A DNA stretch of 64,000 bases. Origin: a bacterium (GTDB lineage Bacteria > Patescibacteriota > Minisyncoccia > Phycocordibacterales > CAIZLB01). The notes below the pieces were generated by a model. The model saw nothing but the letters and a program-made list of their open reading frames with translations, did not search any database and was not told where the DNA came from. The position numbers and the translations under genes were made by a program. Below, in pieces: positions 19,767 to 28,983 of the stretch (the first letter of the stretch is position 1; every line of letters starts with the position of its first letter). The stretch covers positions 16,936 through 80,935 of the forward strand of contig JBAXXP010000001.1 of NCBI GenBank assembly GCA_037127815.1, read 5' to 3'.

Positions 19767-20303
19767 TTAGTTTCCAGCACAATATGACCGGTCCCAGACA
19801 TAAGGATCCGTTGGACCCACCAATTCCTTATTTAAATAAGAAATACCCACGTCTATAGGATTGTTTTGTTTATCAAGTACATACAAATTAAAATAATATT
19901 CGTTAAAGGATCTTTTACCCCCACAATCATAACCCCAACTACTATCCCAAGATAAAGGAGAAAGGTAGCTAACATTAACTGTGCCATAATTTGGGATAGT
20001 TTTTAGAATAGATATTAAATCTCCATTATACATTTTTTTTAACTGTAGATCAGCCGTAATATAAGTTGTAAAACCTCCGTCACTCCATACTGTATCACCA
20101 GGATCAAAATTAACATCACATTCACCATACTGACACAACGAAGAGGATGGGTAGTGACCGTAAGCTGTTCTGTACACTTCCAAAGACTTCATGAACTCCT
20201 CAAGAGAACTTTTAACCTTGGACATTTGCGCTTTTTGCCTAGCTATATTAACAGAAGCCAACACAATAGATGAAAGCAAGGCAATAATCGATATAACCAC
20301 CAA
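19767..20303 (-). CDS. Type IV pilin-like protein (mature domain). Its class-III signal peptide and ATG lie upstream in a different frame, across a 9-nt homopolymer
   Basis: This frame continues upstream as ...KTSKGGGGNSKKAG|FTLIELLVVISIIALLSSIVLA, the canonical prepilin G|FTLIE cleavage motif, with no in-frame start codon. The ATG at 20381-20383 (minus strand) is in the +1 frame across the poly-G tract. Confidence 0.6.
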   Translation of the reverse strand: MVVISIIALLSSIVLASVNIARQKAQMSKVKSSLEEFMKSLEVYRTAYGHYPSSSLCQYGECDVNFDPGDTVWSDGGFTTYITADLQLKKMYNGDLISILKTIPNYGTVNVSYLSPLSWDSSWGYDCGGKRSFNEYYFNLYVLDKQNNPIDVGISYLNKELVGPTDPYVWDRSYCAGN

Positions 20304-20343
20304 AAGCTCAATTAAAGTGAATCCTGCTTTTTTACTATTACCA

Positions 20344-20352
20344 CCCCCCCCC
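20344..20352. repeat. Homopolymeric tract, C9 on the plus strand and G9 on the minus strand, inside the prepilin leader coding region
   Basis: Counted directly: 20344-20352 are all C. With G10 or G7 the upstream ATG (MNIFKNKKLARGGGGNSKKAG|FTLIE...) would be in frame with the pilin. Confidence 0.7.
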
Positions 20353-20414
20353 TTGCTAGTTTTTTGTTTTTGAAAATATTCATTTTACTAGTTTTTCAGG
20401 TTTTTTTCTTTTTA

Positions 20415-21095
20415 TTACACAACAAACTCCCCTGTCTCACTATCCATAACAATCGCACCATCCTTCATTGAAATAACTCTTTTACCAACATGATCCACCA
20501 CTCCAGTGTTATGTGTAGTTAGGATGACGGTTGTTCCAAGATCATTGATCTTTTTAAGAATCTGAATAATCTCATAGGCGGTCTTTGGATCTAGATTTCC
20601 AGTTGGCTCATCGGCAATAATAATGTCTGGTTGATTAACAATAGCTCTTGCGATAGCCACTCTCTGCTTCTCTCCACCTGAAAGTTGGTGAGGAAAGTTA
20701 TGCATTTTATTACCAAGATCAACTAACTCTAGAACATGAGGAACATCAGCATGAATCTCTTCCTCATTTCTTCCTGCGGCTTCCATTGCAAAAGCTACGT
20801 TCTCATAGGCAGTTTTGTCGGATAATAATCTAAAATCCTGAAACACAGTTCCAACACGCCTTCTGTATTCATTCATATCAGACTTTCTTATTCCATGAAT
20901 ATCAATATTTTCAAAGGTTATAATTCCCTCTGTAGGTTTCTCCTCCGCTAAGATCATTTTAAGCAAAGTTGTCTTTCCAGCACCTGAGTGCCCCACAATT
21001 GAAACAAACTCTTTTGGTTTGATTAATAATGAAACATTATCTAACGCAAATGTATTATCAGCGTATTTTTTTGAGACTTTGTCGAGGAATAACAT
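20415..21095 (-). CDS. ftsE: Cell-division ATP-binding protein FtsE
   Basis: 226 aa. Walker A GHSGAGKTT, ABC signature LSGGEKQRVAIARA, Walker B IIIADEPTGNLD. Confidence 0.9.
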   Translation of the reverse strand: MLFLDKVSKKYADNTFALDNVSLLIKPKEFVSIVGHSGAGKTTLLKMILAEEKPTEGIITFENIDIHGIRKSDMNEYRRRVGTVFQDFRLLSDKTAYENVAFAMEAAGRNEEEIHADVPHVLELVDLGNKMHNFPHQLSGGEKQRVAIARAIVNQPDIIIADEPTGNLDPKTAYEIIQILKKINDLGTTVILTTHNTGVVDHVGKRVISMKDGAIVMDSETGEFVV

Positions 21096-21137
21096 ATAGA
21101 GATATTATAACCCCATATGCGGTTTTTACAAAATGCT

Positions 21138-22040
21138 TTATTCCGCAAAGAACTTTTTCTCTGCCTGTATAAAATCGTCCAGATCTCCACTTAAAACATT
21201 CTCCACCTTACTAGTCTCCTCCCCAGTCCTATGATCCTTAACCATTTTATATGGATGAAGTACATATGATCTTATCTGATTCCCCCACTCGGCATCCGTA
21301 GTCTTGCTCACATATAAACCTTTTTCTTTTGCCAGTCTTTCTTCTTCTTGATGTGCATATATTTTGGCCTTCAACATTGCAATTCCTTTTTCTCTATTCT
21401 GTAACTGCGAACGTTCAGTTGTAACATGCACAGACATTTTTGTTGGCTTATGAACAATCCTAACTGCAGTTTCCCTTTTATTTACATTCTGTCCCCCAGG
21501 ACCTCCGGCTCTTGCATAGGAGTATTCCAATTCATCTTCTGGAATTTCAATATCAACTTCCCTTTCAAATTTTGGTACAACCTCAACCATAGAAAAACTT
21601 GTATGTCTTAATTGTTTTGAATTAAACGGAGAAAGTCTAACAAGCCTATGCACTCCTGACTCATGTTTTAAAGTTCCGTAAGCGTTCTTTCCATCTATGT
21701 CAAAAGAGACATTTCTGTATCCTCCGTGATCATTTTTGTGTTCGTGAATCAAGGTCATACTCCAGCCTTTTTTTGAGATGAACTTCTGATACATTTCAAA
21801 TAGCATTCTAGAGAAATCTTCTGAATCATCCCCTCCAGCTCCTGAGAAGATTGTAATAATAGCCGAGCCTCCGTCATAAGGGCTTCCACCAAGACCGCTT
21901 GCAAGCTCTGTTTTTAGGTCCTGAAGCTCTTTTATTGTAGCCTGCGCTGTTGTTGAATCATTCCAAAAATCAACAGCGTTCATTGCTGATTCTATTTCAA
22001 TTATTCTAGCTTCTTTTTCTTTTTTGTTTAGATTATTCAT
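21138..22040 (-). CDS. prfB: Peptide chain release factor 2 (compact, 300 aa). No programmed-frameshift signature found upstream
   Basis: The SPF tripeptide (RLSPFNSKQ), specific to RF2, and the GGQ motif (GGPGGQNVNK) are present. The N-terminus aligns to E. coli RF2 from about residue 25 onward. Domain 1 is shortened. Confidence 0.85.
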   Translation of the reverse strand: MNNLNKKEKEARIIEIESAMNAVDFWNDSTTAQATIKELQDLKTELASGLGGSPYDGGSAIITIFSGAGGDDSEDFSRMLFEMYQKFISKKGWSMTLIHEHKNDHGGYRNVSFDIDGKNAYGTLKHESGVHRLVRLSPFNSKQLRHTSFSMVEVVPKFEREVDIEIPEDELEYSYARAGGPGGQNVNKRETAVRIVHKPTKMSVHVTTERSQLQNREKGIAMLKAKIYAHQEEERLAKEKGLYVSKTTDAEWGNQIRSYVLHPYKMVKDHRTGEETSKVENVLSGDLDDFIQAEKKFFAE

Positions 22041-22246
22041 GTTTTTAGACCTGATTAAGCATATTTTCCTAACACGATTCGCATTACTCCATCTACTCCG
22101 TGACCCTTCCCTTTTATTGGTATTTTAGCATAAATTTGGGTTTTCTTTATCTTTCCCTTGGTAATTCGAAACCCCGCCAGATAAACAAAAATTTGACAAG
22201 CCAAAATTATTTGATAAACTAAAAGTACAAATGGGGTATCCCAACC

Positions 22247-22271
22247 GCCCGAGCCTTAAAACCGCTCGGGC
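22247..22271. terminator. Hairpin GCCCGAGC-cttaaaacc-GCTCGGGC straddling the stop codon of the MazF-like gene
   Basis: 8-bp perfect stem. The TAA stop (22256-22258) lies in the loop. The upstream arm on the minus strand encodes the last residues, PERF. Confidence 0.4.
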
Positions 22272-22675
22272 TTAAGGTTTGATTTTATTTTAATCAGATC
22301 TTTTATAGACCTCTGTATCATTGCGAAATCTTTGTCTGACAAATATCCGATATGAGTGTCTAGCCTTTTTGTATCCAAAACCCTAAGTTGAGAGATTATA
22401 ACAGACTGCTCAGTATTTTTCAGTAAGACCTTCACATAATAGATATTGTCTTTATTTTTAGTACTCATTGGTATTCCCCAAAAAATGTTATTATTGAATT
22501 TTTTGAATACCAAAACAGGCCTTCGAAATATATACCCTTTTCCGTTTTCTTCATCCCCAACATTCTCCCCCAGTGCGCACCATCGAACCTCACCTTCTTT
22601 AATATAGATTCCCTTCCTTTCTTTTTTATCCAAATTAATTTTCACATATATCCAATCAATAAATATTTTTAGCAT
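22256..22675 (-). CDS. MazF/PemK-like endoribonuclease-fold protein (toxin-like), solitary, with an N-terminal extension
   Basis: 139 aa. The core VRWCALGENVGDEENGKGYIFRRPVLVFKKFNNNIFWGIPMSTKNKDNIYYVKV fits the MazF/Kid pattern W-x-D/L..G.E..G..RP.lV.......(V/I)P.T(S/T). No antitoxin-like ORF is adjacent. It is a paralog of 56296-56712. Confidence 0.55.
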   Translation of the reverse strand: MLKIFIDWIYVKINLDKKERKGIYIKEGEVRWCALGENVGDEENGKGYIFRRPVLVFKKFNNNIFWGIPMSTKNKDNIYYVKVLLKNTEQSVIISQLRVLDTKRLDTHIGYLSDKDFAMIQRSIKDLIKIKSNLKPERF

Positions 22676-22759
22676 TTAGAAATGTTATCAAAATGCAAGT
22701 GTGATTTTCATTAACAAATTATAAAGAAATTCCAAATTTTTTATAAACATACGTGAAAT

Positions 22760-22835
22760 TGGAGCCAATGGACGGGATCGAACCGTCGGCCTGCACGTTA
22801 CGAATGTGCCGCTCTACCAACTGAGCTACATCGGC
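22760..22835 (-). tRNA. tRNA-Thr (anticodon CGU)
   Basis: Sequence GCCGATGTAGCTCAGTTGGTAGAGCG...TTCGTAA...GGTTCGATCCCGTCCATTGGCTCCA closely resembles E. coli tRNA-Thr(CGU). CCA is encoded. Confidence 0.8.
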
Positions 22836-22900
22836 TTAAATAAGTCACTCACTATCTCACTTTTCCACACAGCATATTAACACTCACATACAATACTACT

Positions 22901-23761
22901 CTATCCCTTTTTTACCAGTTTTGAAAACAGGTCCATTATTACCTTAGTATTTTTGCCGACAACTCCATCACCAACCTTATCTTTATCAACCATAACAATT
23001 GGAACGATATCTTTATAAGAGGAGGTTAGAAAAATTTCATCTGCCTTCTTCATCTCTTCTATTGTGACGTCTCTTTCCTCAATCTTAAAATGCTTTTTTG
23101 CAATATCAAGCACGGCCATTCTGGTTATACCGAATAGAACATTATCTTTTGGAGTAACAAGTGTATCACCGAAGAACATAAAAATATTACTTGTTGAACA
23201 CTCAAGAATTTTTCCCTTATCGGTGAATAGTATCTCTATTGCTTTTTCTTTCTTACGCTTAACCTGTAAACTAACTGTGGTTATGTAATGAGTACTTTTT
23301 ACATCAGGCATAAAACGTTGATGTTCTTCTACAATAATCTTTCCACCTTTTATATATAAGTCTTCAGGAAGTGGAGTCCATTTTTCTGCTATTACAAAAA
23401 AAGTAGGTGTGTTTACATTGAATTCTATTCCCCTAATTGCGTCACCCCCTGTTAAAATCATTTTTAAATTAGTTCTTTCAAACCCATTCTTTTTTATAAG
23501 CGTCTTTAGAATTTGCTCTATCTCAACATCTGTAGATGGTATTTGTAGTCCGAGTTTTTTTGCAGATCTTTTAAATCTAGCCAAATGTTGTTTAAGGTAA
23601 AAAGGTTTATCGCCGTAAGCTGTAATTCCTTCATATATTGCATACCCTCTCAAAAGTCCAATATCGTAACAACTCACGTAAAGTTTATCAGCTCTCTCTA
23701 TCTTTCCATTTATATAGCAATAAGGCTTAATGCTTGGCTTACCCGTTTTTTCTGATGTCAT
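22901..23761 (-). CDS. Class IV PLP-dependent aminotransferase (branched-chain amino-acid / D-amino-acid aminotransferase family)
   Basis: 286 aa. Fold-type IV pattern (YDIGLLRGYAIYEG, GGDAIRG, the catalytic Lys region EILFTDKGKILECSTSNIF). Confidence 0.7.
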   Translation of the reverse strand: MTSEKTGKPSIKPYCYINGKIERADKLYVSCYDIGLLRGYAIYEGITAYGDKPFYLKQHLARFKRSAKKLGLQIPSTDVEIEQILKTLIKKNGFERTNLKMILTGGDAIRGIEFNVNTPTFFVIAEKWTPLPEDLYIKGGKIIVEEHQRFMPDVKSTHYITTVSLQVKRKKEKAIEILFTDKGKILECSTSNIFMFFGDTLVTPKDNVLFGITRMAVLDIAKKHFKIEERDVTIEEMKKADEIFLTSSYKDIVPIVMVDKDKVGDGVVGKNTKVIMDLFSKLVKKG

Positions 23762-23855
23762 AAGTTAAATATACCAAATATGGTCTAGGGTTACAAACTA
23801 TATACGAGTTCTTAGATACATTTAACATAACAGGACACAGGTTCAATACTAATTG

Positions 23856-23927
23856 AGCCGACAGTGAGAATCGAACTCACGATCTCTTCCTTACCAAGGA
23901 AGTGCTTTACCACTAAGCTATAACGGC
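23856..23927 (-). tRNA. tRNA-Thr (anticodon GGU). CCA not encoded. U5-U68 mismatch in the acceptor stem
   Basis: GCCGTTATAGCTTAGTGGTAAAGCACTTCCTTGGTAAGGAAGAGATCGTGAGTTCGATTCTCACTGTCGGCT. Anticodon loop TTGGTAA, T-loop TTCGATT. Confidence 0.7.
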
Positions 23928-23978
23928 TTTGATACCAAATGAGTAACAACCAGAACCCCGATGGACTCTGACTATACC

Positions 23979-24692
23979 CTACTCATCAATCTCCTGCTCC
24001 TCTTCAGTCTCAATATGATGATTACTTGGAATAATATCATCATCGTCAGAAAATGCACGGTCGAGCCATGCGTGCATGATATTCGAGCTTGCTGGCACAA
24101 GATTGAATAGAATTGCTAAAATAAAGAGTACTTTGGCCACCAGGGGACTCCAGAAACAGACGATGATTGCAAGAATAGCTGTTGCAACAGGAAACAGAAT
24201 TCTAATATAACCACTTCTTCTATCGATTTTTGTTATATCAACAGTGTCGATTTCCGGATCCTTTTCAATATGCCTCCTCATTAAATATAAGCTCAATCCT
24301 ATCAAAATAACATTTATCGCATAAACAATTACAGCTATTTTACTATCTGGATATCTTCCAAGTAAGGTTGTTGAAAAAGGGACTAGGATAATTAATAGGA
24401 AAAATAATGCGTTATAACATGCAAGGTATACGGTTAGAGTTTTGGCGTAAACAGAAGATATATAGTGGTGAGCACGCCAGTATGTAAACAAAAGAGAGAA
24501 TGACATTATGAAACTTAGAAAGATTGGAAGTAATTCTTTTAGAGAAGTAAGCAGAAGTTGTTCAGATGCTCCATCTGCTAAAATTGGGACCTTAATTTCA
24601 AAAGCCAGAAGCGTCATAACAATTGCAAATATACCATCTGCAAGCCCATCTAATCTCTGACGTCGCATATGAATTGGTCTCTTTGTAATCAT
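23979..24692 (-). CDS. TMEM175/DUF1211-family membrane protein (putative K+ channel)
   Basis: 237 aa. N-terminal RRQRLDGLADGIFAIVMTLLAFEI is the DUF1211 signature helix. Six transmembrane helices. Confidence 0.55.
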   Translation of the reverse strand: MITKRPIHMRRQRLDGLADGIFAIVMTLLAFEIKVPILADGASEQLLLTSLKELLPIFLSFIMSFSLLFTYWRAHHYISSVYAKTLTVYLACYNALFFLLIILVPFSTTLLGRYPDSKIAVIVYAINVILIGLSLYLMRRHIEKDPEIDTVDITKIDRRSGYIRILFPVATAILAIIVCFWSPLVAKVLFILAILFNLVPASSNIMHAWLDRAFSDDDDIIPSNHHIETEEEQEIDE

Positions 24693-24711
24693 GTAATTAT
24701 TTTAGCATGAC

Positions 24712-24745
24712 TTTGGGGTCAGGCACCAGCGTGCCTGACCCCAAA
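24712..24745. repeat. Copy 1 of the GC-rich palindromic repeat family (TTTGGGGTCAGGCAC-cagc-GTGCCTGACCCCAAA)
   Basis: 15-bp perfect arms. It sits between the tandem minus-strand genes 23979-24692 and 24817-25563. Confidence 0.8.
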
Positions 24746-24816
24746 TTAAAAATAGCGCAGCCCAATTCTAGGTCACACTATTTTTATGAAGCAAATAATT
24801 TGTTCAACCCTTCCCC

Positions 24817-25563
24817 CTAGTCTCTTTGTCTCTCCATGTAAACAGATATTGTTCTTCTTTTGTAAGCTTTACCGTCTCTTATATGTTTATAAGATTTAAT
24901 CATCTTATGAATTTTAAAATATGGTGAAAACAATTCTATAATTTCATCATCTGTCCAGACGTGCTCATAAACATCAATTCTAGGATGTATATATGAATTC
25001 AACTCCCCCGCTGGATTTTCCTTAATCAATCTTATTGCATGAGCGTCGGCGTCAAGCACAAATGTTTTTAGAAACGCCCAACCATACGGCTTAACAACTC
25101 TTGCAATTTCTTTAACATAATTTTTACGCTCTTCATCTCTAAGAAAATGACTTGTCATCATGTCTAGGAACATATCAACAGTTCCGTCCTCTGTAGGTAT
25201 TGGATCTGATAGGTCCTGAACATAAAATAGAATTCTTTCTGCTTTAGGGATTTTTGCATCTGGATTCACTTTTGTAACACCCTTCTCTTTTGCCATATCC
25301 TTTGCTTGTGAAATAGCAGTTCCAGAAATATCTATTCCAATACCCCTCATGTTATATTCAGCACAAAGTGGGACGAGATTTCTACCATTTCCGCACCCCG
25401 CATCAACAATTAATCCATTCTTTGGAAAAGGAGGCCACTCTGAGTTTCTGGTCACCCATTTTTCAAAAGTAATTAAATCAGAAGAAGGCTCAGTGGACAT
25501 TGCTAAATGCTCCCCTGTTTTATATTCCTTATTCCAAAACGCTGCTGAATTTTTTTTAGTCAT
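24817..25563 (-). CDS. Class I SAM-dependent methyltransferase
   Basis: 248 aa. SAM-binding motif I LIVDAGCGNGRN and motif II region IGIDISGTAI. Substrate unknown. Confidence 0.7.
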   Translation of the reverse strand: MTKKNSAAFWNKEYKTGEHLAMSTEPSSDLITFEKWVTRNSEWPPFPKNGLIVDAGCGNGRNLVPLCAEYNMRGIGIDISGTAISQAKDMAKEKGVTKVNPDAKIPKAERILFYVQDLSDPIPTEDGTVDMFLDMMTSHFLRDEERKNYVKEIARVVKPYGWAFLKTFVLDADAHAIRLIKENPAGELNSYIHPRIDVYEHVWTDDEIIELFSPYFKIHKMIKSYKHIRDGKAYKRRTISVYMERQRD

Positions 25564-25578
25564 GATATTTGTTTGTTT

Positions 25579-25616
25579 GATTTGGGGTCAGGCACCACGG
25601 TGCCTGACCCCAAATC
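25579..25616. repeat. Copy 2 of the palindromic repeat family (GATTTGGGGTCAGGCACCACGGTGCCTGACCCCAAATC)
   Basis: Near-perfect 18-bp arms. It lies between the MTase start (25563) and the NRAMP stop (25620). Confidence 0.8.
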
Positions 25617-25619
25617 AAA

Positions 25620-27056
25620 CTATGAGAACAAAGCATAGATTGTAGCCAAAGCTGTAACACCCATAAACACTACCGTAACCCACCCAACAACATTAGTCAA
25701 TTTTTTATTTCTATTTTCACCCATCACATCCTTTCTAGAGCTTAATCTAACGATAAAATACAATATTACAGGGGCAACAATACCATTAAGAACGGCAGAG
25801 TAGATTAATGCCTTTATAGGGTCTAAACCAATAAAGTTAAGCCCAATACCCACTATTACAGCAAGTGATATAACTCCATAAAAAGCCCTAGCCTCTTTTA
25901 GCTTCCTATTCAAACCAAACTTCCATCCAAAACTCTCAGATACAGCATATGCTGCTGAGCCTGCAAGAACTGGCACAGCAAGTAGTCCAACACCAATGAT
26001 ACCTATCGTAAACAGCAAATAAGCAAAATCTCCAGCAAAAGGACGAAGTGCAGCAGCAGCATCAGCAGCAGTGCCAATATTCGTTACACCATGTGAAAAT
26101 AGAGTTGCAGAACAAACTGCGATAATAAAAAACATCGCAGCATTTGAAATAAACATTCCCATCCAAATATCTACTCTCATTTTTTTAATATCCTCTGGAG
26201 TAGAAATTGTCATCAATGGTTCCGTCACAACTGATACAAAAGAAGGGTCAGTTAAAGGAACGGTCTCTAAGGTTTGAACATTCTGATTATTTTGTAAATC
26301 TAAAATTCTTTGAGCAAGTTGTTTTTCTTCTATCTCCTGAGAAGTCTGCCAGAAGAATAGATATGGAGAAATTGTTGTTCCTAATATTCCACAAACCAAA
26401 AGTATTTGATCTTTTGTAAAATCAAAATGTGGAACAACAGTATAATATAATACCGCTGACCAATCTATTTGAACAAAGAATGCCGTAATAACATATGAAA
26501 GTAGCACAAGCGCTAAATATTTTAAATACCTAGCATACTTTCCATAGCTCATAAATATTTGCATCAATAGACCACTCACACCAAAGAAAATAACAGTTGG
26601 ACCAAAAGGAAAATAAGGAAAAATTAATTGAAGCGCCTTAGTCATTGCACCAAAGTCTGCACCAATATTGAAAATATTTGCAGCAAGCAATAGAAATGTA
26701 CAAATATAAATAGCAGTTCTTGAATGATACTGTCTTATGTTTGCAGCAAGGCCTTGCCCTGTAATCATACCAATTCTAGCGCACATCTCTTGAACTGTTG
26801 CCATTAAAGGAAAGGTAAAAAGAGAAAGCCAAATTAATTTGAAACTATACTGAGCGCCGGTTTGAGAATATGTAGCAATTCCTGATGGATCATCATCAGA
26901 AGCACCCGTAGTTAGTCCTGGGCCAAGCATACGCCAAAAGTTTTTTGCTTTCTTTTCAACCACAACAGCTTCATGGCCTGCAGCTCTTACCCCCTCTCCT
27001 GCTACATGAATAGTTTTTCCAATTACATGACCAGTTGCATGTAAGGCATCTTTCAT
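25620..27056 (-). CDS. NRAMP-family divalent metal (Mn2+/Fe2+) transporter-like membrane protein
   Basis: LGPGLTTGASDDDPSGIATYSQTGAQY corresponds to the Nramp GPG...DPGN metal-binding TM1 motif, and ATVQEMCARIG to TM6. The start is taken at MKDALH, since the track ORF (ending 27140) has 28 implausible extra residues. Confidence 0.65.
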   Translation of the reverse strand: MKDALHATGHVIGKTIHVAGEGVRAAGHEAVVVEKKAKNFWRMLGPGLTTGASDDDPSGIATYSQTGAQYSFKLIWLSLFTFPLMATVQEMCARIGMITGQGLAANIRQYHSRTAIYICTFLLLAANIFNIGADFGAMTKALQLIFPYFPFGPTVIFFGVSGLLMQIFMSYGKYARYLKYLALVLLSYVITAFFVQIDWSAVLYYTVVPHFDFTKDQILLVCGILGTTISPYLFFWQTSQEIEEKQLAQRILDLQNNQNVQTLETVPLTDPSFVSVVTEPLMTISTPEDIKKMRVDIWMGMFISNAAMFFIIAVCSATLFSHGVTNIGTAADAAAALRPFAGDFAYLLFTIGIIGVGLLAVPVLAGSAAYAVSESFGWKFGLNRKLKEARAFYGVISLAVIVGIGLNFIGLDPIKALIYSAVLNGIVAPVILYFIVRLSSRKDVMGENRNKKLTNVVGWVTVVFMGVTALATIYALFS

Positions 27057-27239
27057 TCTATGTACATCATTTTGTTCATCATTATTCACAACAATATTAT
27101 ACACTATTAGATATTTTTTGAACAAGCAGTTATAATACATATGTAGCCTAAAATGAAATTTTTCTGAATATTAGACGTAATAATCATTATGAAGGCTAAA
27201 GGTGACAGCTTTCTGTTTTAACTAAACATAAATATAAAT

Positions 27240-28133
27240 ATGAATATAAAAAAAATATCATTAGTAACGTCTAGCCTTGCATTAGTTGCAAGTATGATGA
27301 TAGCCTCTTCATCTTCTGCAGACAGCATTACTAATACTAGACCCCAAGGAATGACGGGTCGAGGCGTGGCGCCTTATGGCGTAAACAAAAACGCAGTAAG
27401 ACCTGTAGCTATGGGGGCAGTTACATCCATTAATGGATCAACAATTACAATCGCAGGACGTCAGGTATCATTTAGTGAAAGAAGTAGCTCATCAACTCCA
27501 TCGTCAGCAGTAGTAACCTATACTGTTGATGCAACAAACGCTGTTGTAACTAAAGGAAACGCTTCAAGCACAGTTTCAAGTATTGTAGTTGGAGATAACA
27601 TTGTTGTTATGGGTACCGTAAGTGGAACAAACATTGTTGCCACAACAATTTTTAATAGTGTAAGAGGTCCGGCAAATGGACAAGGTAAAGAGCTGCAAAA
27701 CAGCGGTCAAGATAGTAGACAAAACGGTGGACAAAAAACTGGAAATAGAAATCCAAGAAACGGAACCTCAACGCAACCAGGAATTATTGGTAATGGGCAG
27801 CCGGTTGTGGCGGGAAAAATTGTCACTATAAATTCAAACTCTATCACAATTACAACCTCTGGTAATCTTACATATACAATCGATGTAGCAAACGCAAAAA
27901 TTACACTAGGGCAGGCCATCAGTGATATATCAAAACTAACTATTGGAGATATGGTTGTTGTTCAGGGTACAATAAACGGATCATCTGTTACAGCTTCAAC
28001 AATAATGGATAGAGGAAATTCTAATGGGCCATCCGGAACAGCAACAGGCTCTGCAAACACAAATCCTACTAATGGTGTAAAGGGATTTTTTGGTGGAGTA
28101 GGACAATTCTTCATGCACATGTTTGGATTCTAA
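27240..28133 (+). CDS. Secreted Thr/Ser/Gly/Asn-rich protein with two internal ~60-aa repeats
   Basis: Signal peptide MNIKKISLVTSSLALVASMMIASSSSA. The repeats TYTVDATNAVVTKGNASSTVSSIVVGDNIVVMGTVSGTNIVATTIF and TYTIDVANAKITLGQAISDISKLTIGDMVVVQGTINGSSVTASTIM align. Confidence 0.5.
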   Translation: MNIKKISLVTSSLALVASMMIASSSSADSITNTRPQGMTGRGVAPYGVNKNAVRPVAMGAVTSINGSTITIAGRQVSFSERSSSSTPSSAVVTYTVDATNAVVTKGNASSTVSSIVVGDNIVVMGTVSGTNIVATTIFNSVRGPANGQGKELQNSGQDSRQNGGQKTGNRNPRNGTSTQPGIIGNGQPVVAGKIVTINSNSITITTSGNLTYTIDVANAKITLGQAISDISKLTIGDMVVVQGTINGSSVTASTIMDRGNSNGPSGTATGSANTNPTNGVKGFFGGVGQFFMHMFGF

Positions 28134-28156
28134 TCTAAATTTTTATCGATTAAATA

Positions 28157-28185
28157 AAAAAGGACCGCATTCTGCGGTCCTTTTT
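28157..28185. terminator. Rho-independent terminator (GGACCGCA-ttc-TGCGGTCC + TTTTTTT), bidirectional between convergent genes
   Basis: AAAAAGGACCGCATTCTGCGGTCCTTTTTTTAAT, 8-bp perfect stem. Confidence 0.55.
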
Positions 28186-28818
28186 TTAATTCTTATTCCT
28201 ATTTACCCACCAAGCATCATCCTTATCACCAAACCACCAATGATCAGATTCTATATTTAATATTTTCTCTGCCAAGTCTTTTGCTTCATCCGTCTTTAGT
28301 CTACTTATTGTAGATTTAACCCAAGTCCTTGCTCTCTCATTACCAATATCAATTTGCTCTTTTAGTGAAATTAAAAATTCTAGATTATCTGCATCTTTTG
28401 CAAGCTGTGATTCATATGTAGTTCTTTCATGATATTCATGCAACAACTCCCCTATTTTATTTCCAAACGGCAATGAATCAACCAAATCTTTTTCAGCCTT
28501 CTCCTCTAGTCTTTCTGTATATTTTTGATGAACATAATTTAAATCAGAAATTCTAGATTCTGTTATGTCGTGGAATTGACACATTTGAACGATTCTTCCA
28601 ACATCAACTTTTCCATTTATGTGACCTAGGCAAAATCCAATATAAACAACTCTGTTAATATGTTCAGCAACACTTTGTTGTCCGCTGCCCAAAAACGCAG
28701 ACCAACTACGAGGTGTTTTTGCTAAGATTCCAACTTCATATAAGAAGTCTACTACGGGGTCCACTGAATTCTCTGGAATGTTAGTTATGATGTTTTTCAT
28801 ATAATTAGATACTAGCAT
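28186..28818 (-). CDS. HD-domain phosphohydrolase (YfbR-like 5'-deoxynucleotidase family)
   Basis: 210 aa. H...HD...D metal-ligand pattern (AEHINRV, QFHDITE, LAKDADNLE). Confidence 0.65.
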   Translation of the reverse strand: MLVSNYMKNIITNIPENSVDPVVDFLYEVGILAKTPRSWSAFLGSGQQSVAEHINRVVYIGFCLGHINGKVDVGRIVQMCQFHDITESRISDLNYVHQKYTERLEEKAEKDLVDSLPFGNKIGELLHEYHERTTYESQLAKDADNLEFLISLKEQIDIGNERARTWVKSTISRLKTDEAKDLAEKILNIESDHWWFGDKDDAWWVNRNKN

Positions 28819-28917
28819 ATCTGAGCCAAATTTGTGTACTGCTCCAAATTTTTAACTTCTATATTACGCTCCTAACACAGCCCTCATGTTCCAGAATTTT
28901 AGCAGAAATAAAAAACC

Positions 28918-28955
28918 TCTGGGTCACATATAATGTGCCCCAGAGGGTGTTTGAG
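28918..28955 (-). terminator. Hairpin (CCTCTGGG-tcacatataatgtgc-CCCAGAGG) followed by a T-run on the minus strand, downstream of 28984-29283
   Basis: The stem has one G.U pair. AAATAAAAAA on the plus strand gives TTTTTTATTT after the stem on the minus strand. Confidence 0.4.
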
Positions 28956-28983
28956 AATAGAATCATATTGTAATGATTGGTAA

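Noticed and set aside
21138-22040. Alternative genetic code (UGA = Gly, code 25), as in some ultra-small bacterial lineages
   Set aside because: RF2, the UGA-specific release factor, is present and intact. pyrC terminates at TGA at its natural C-terminus. ORF lengths are normal under code 11.
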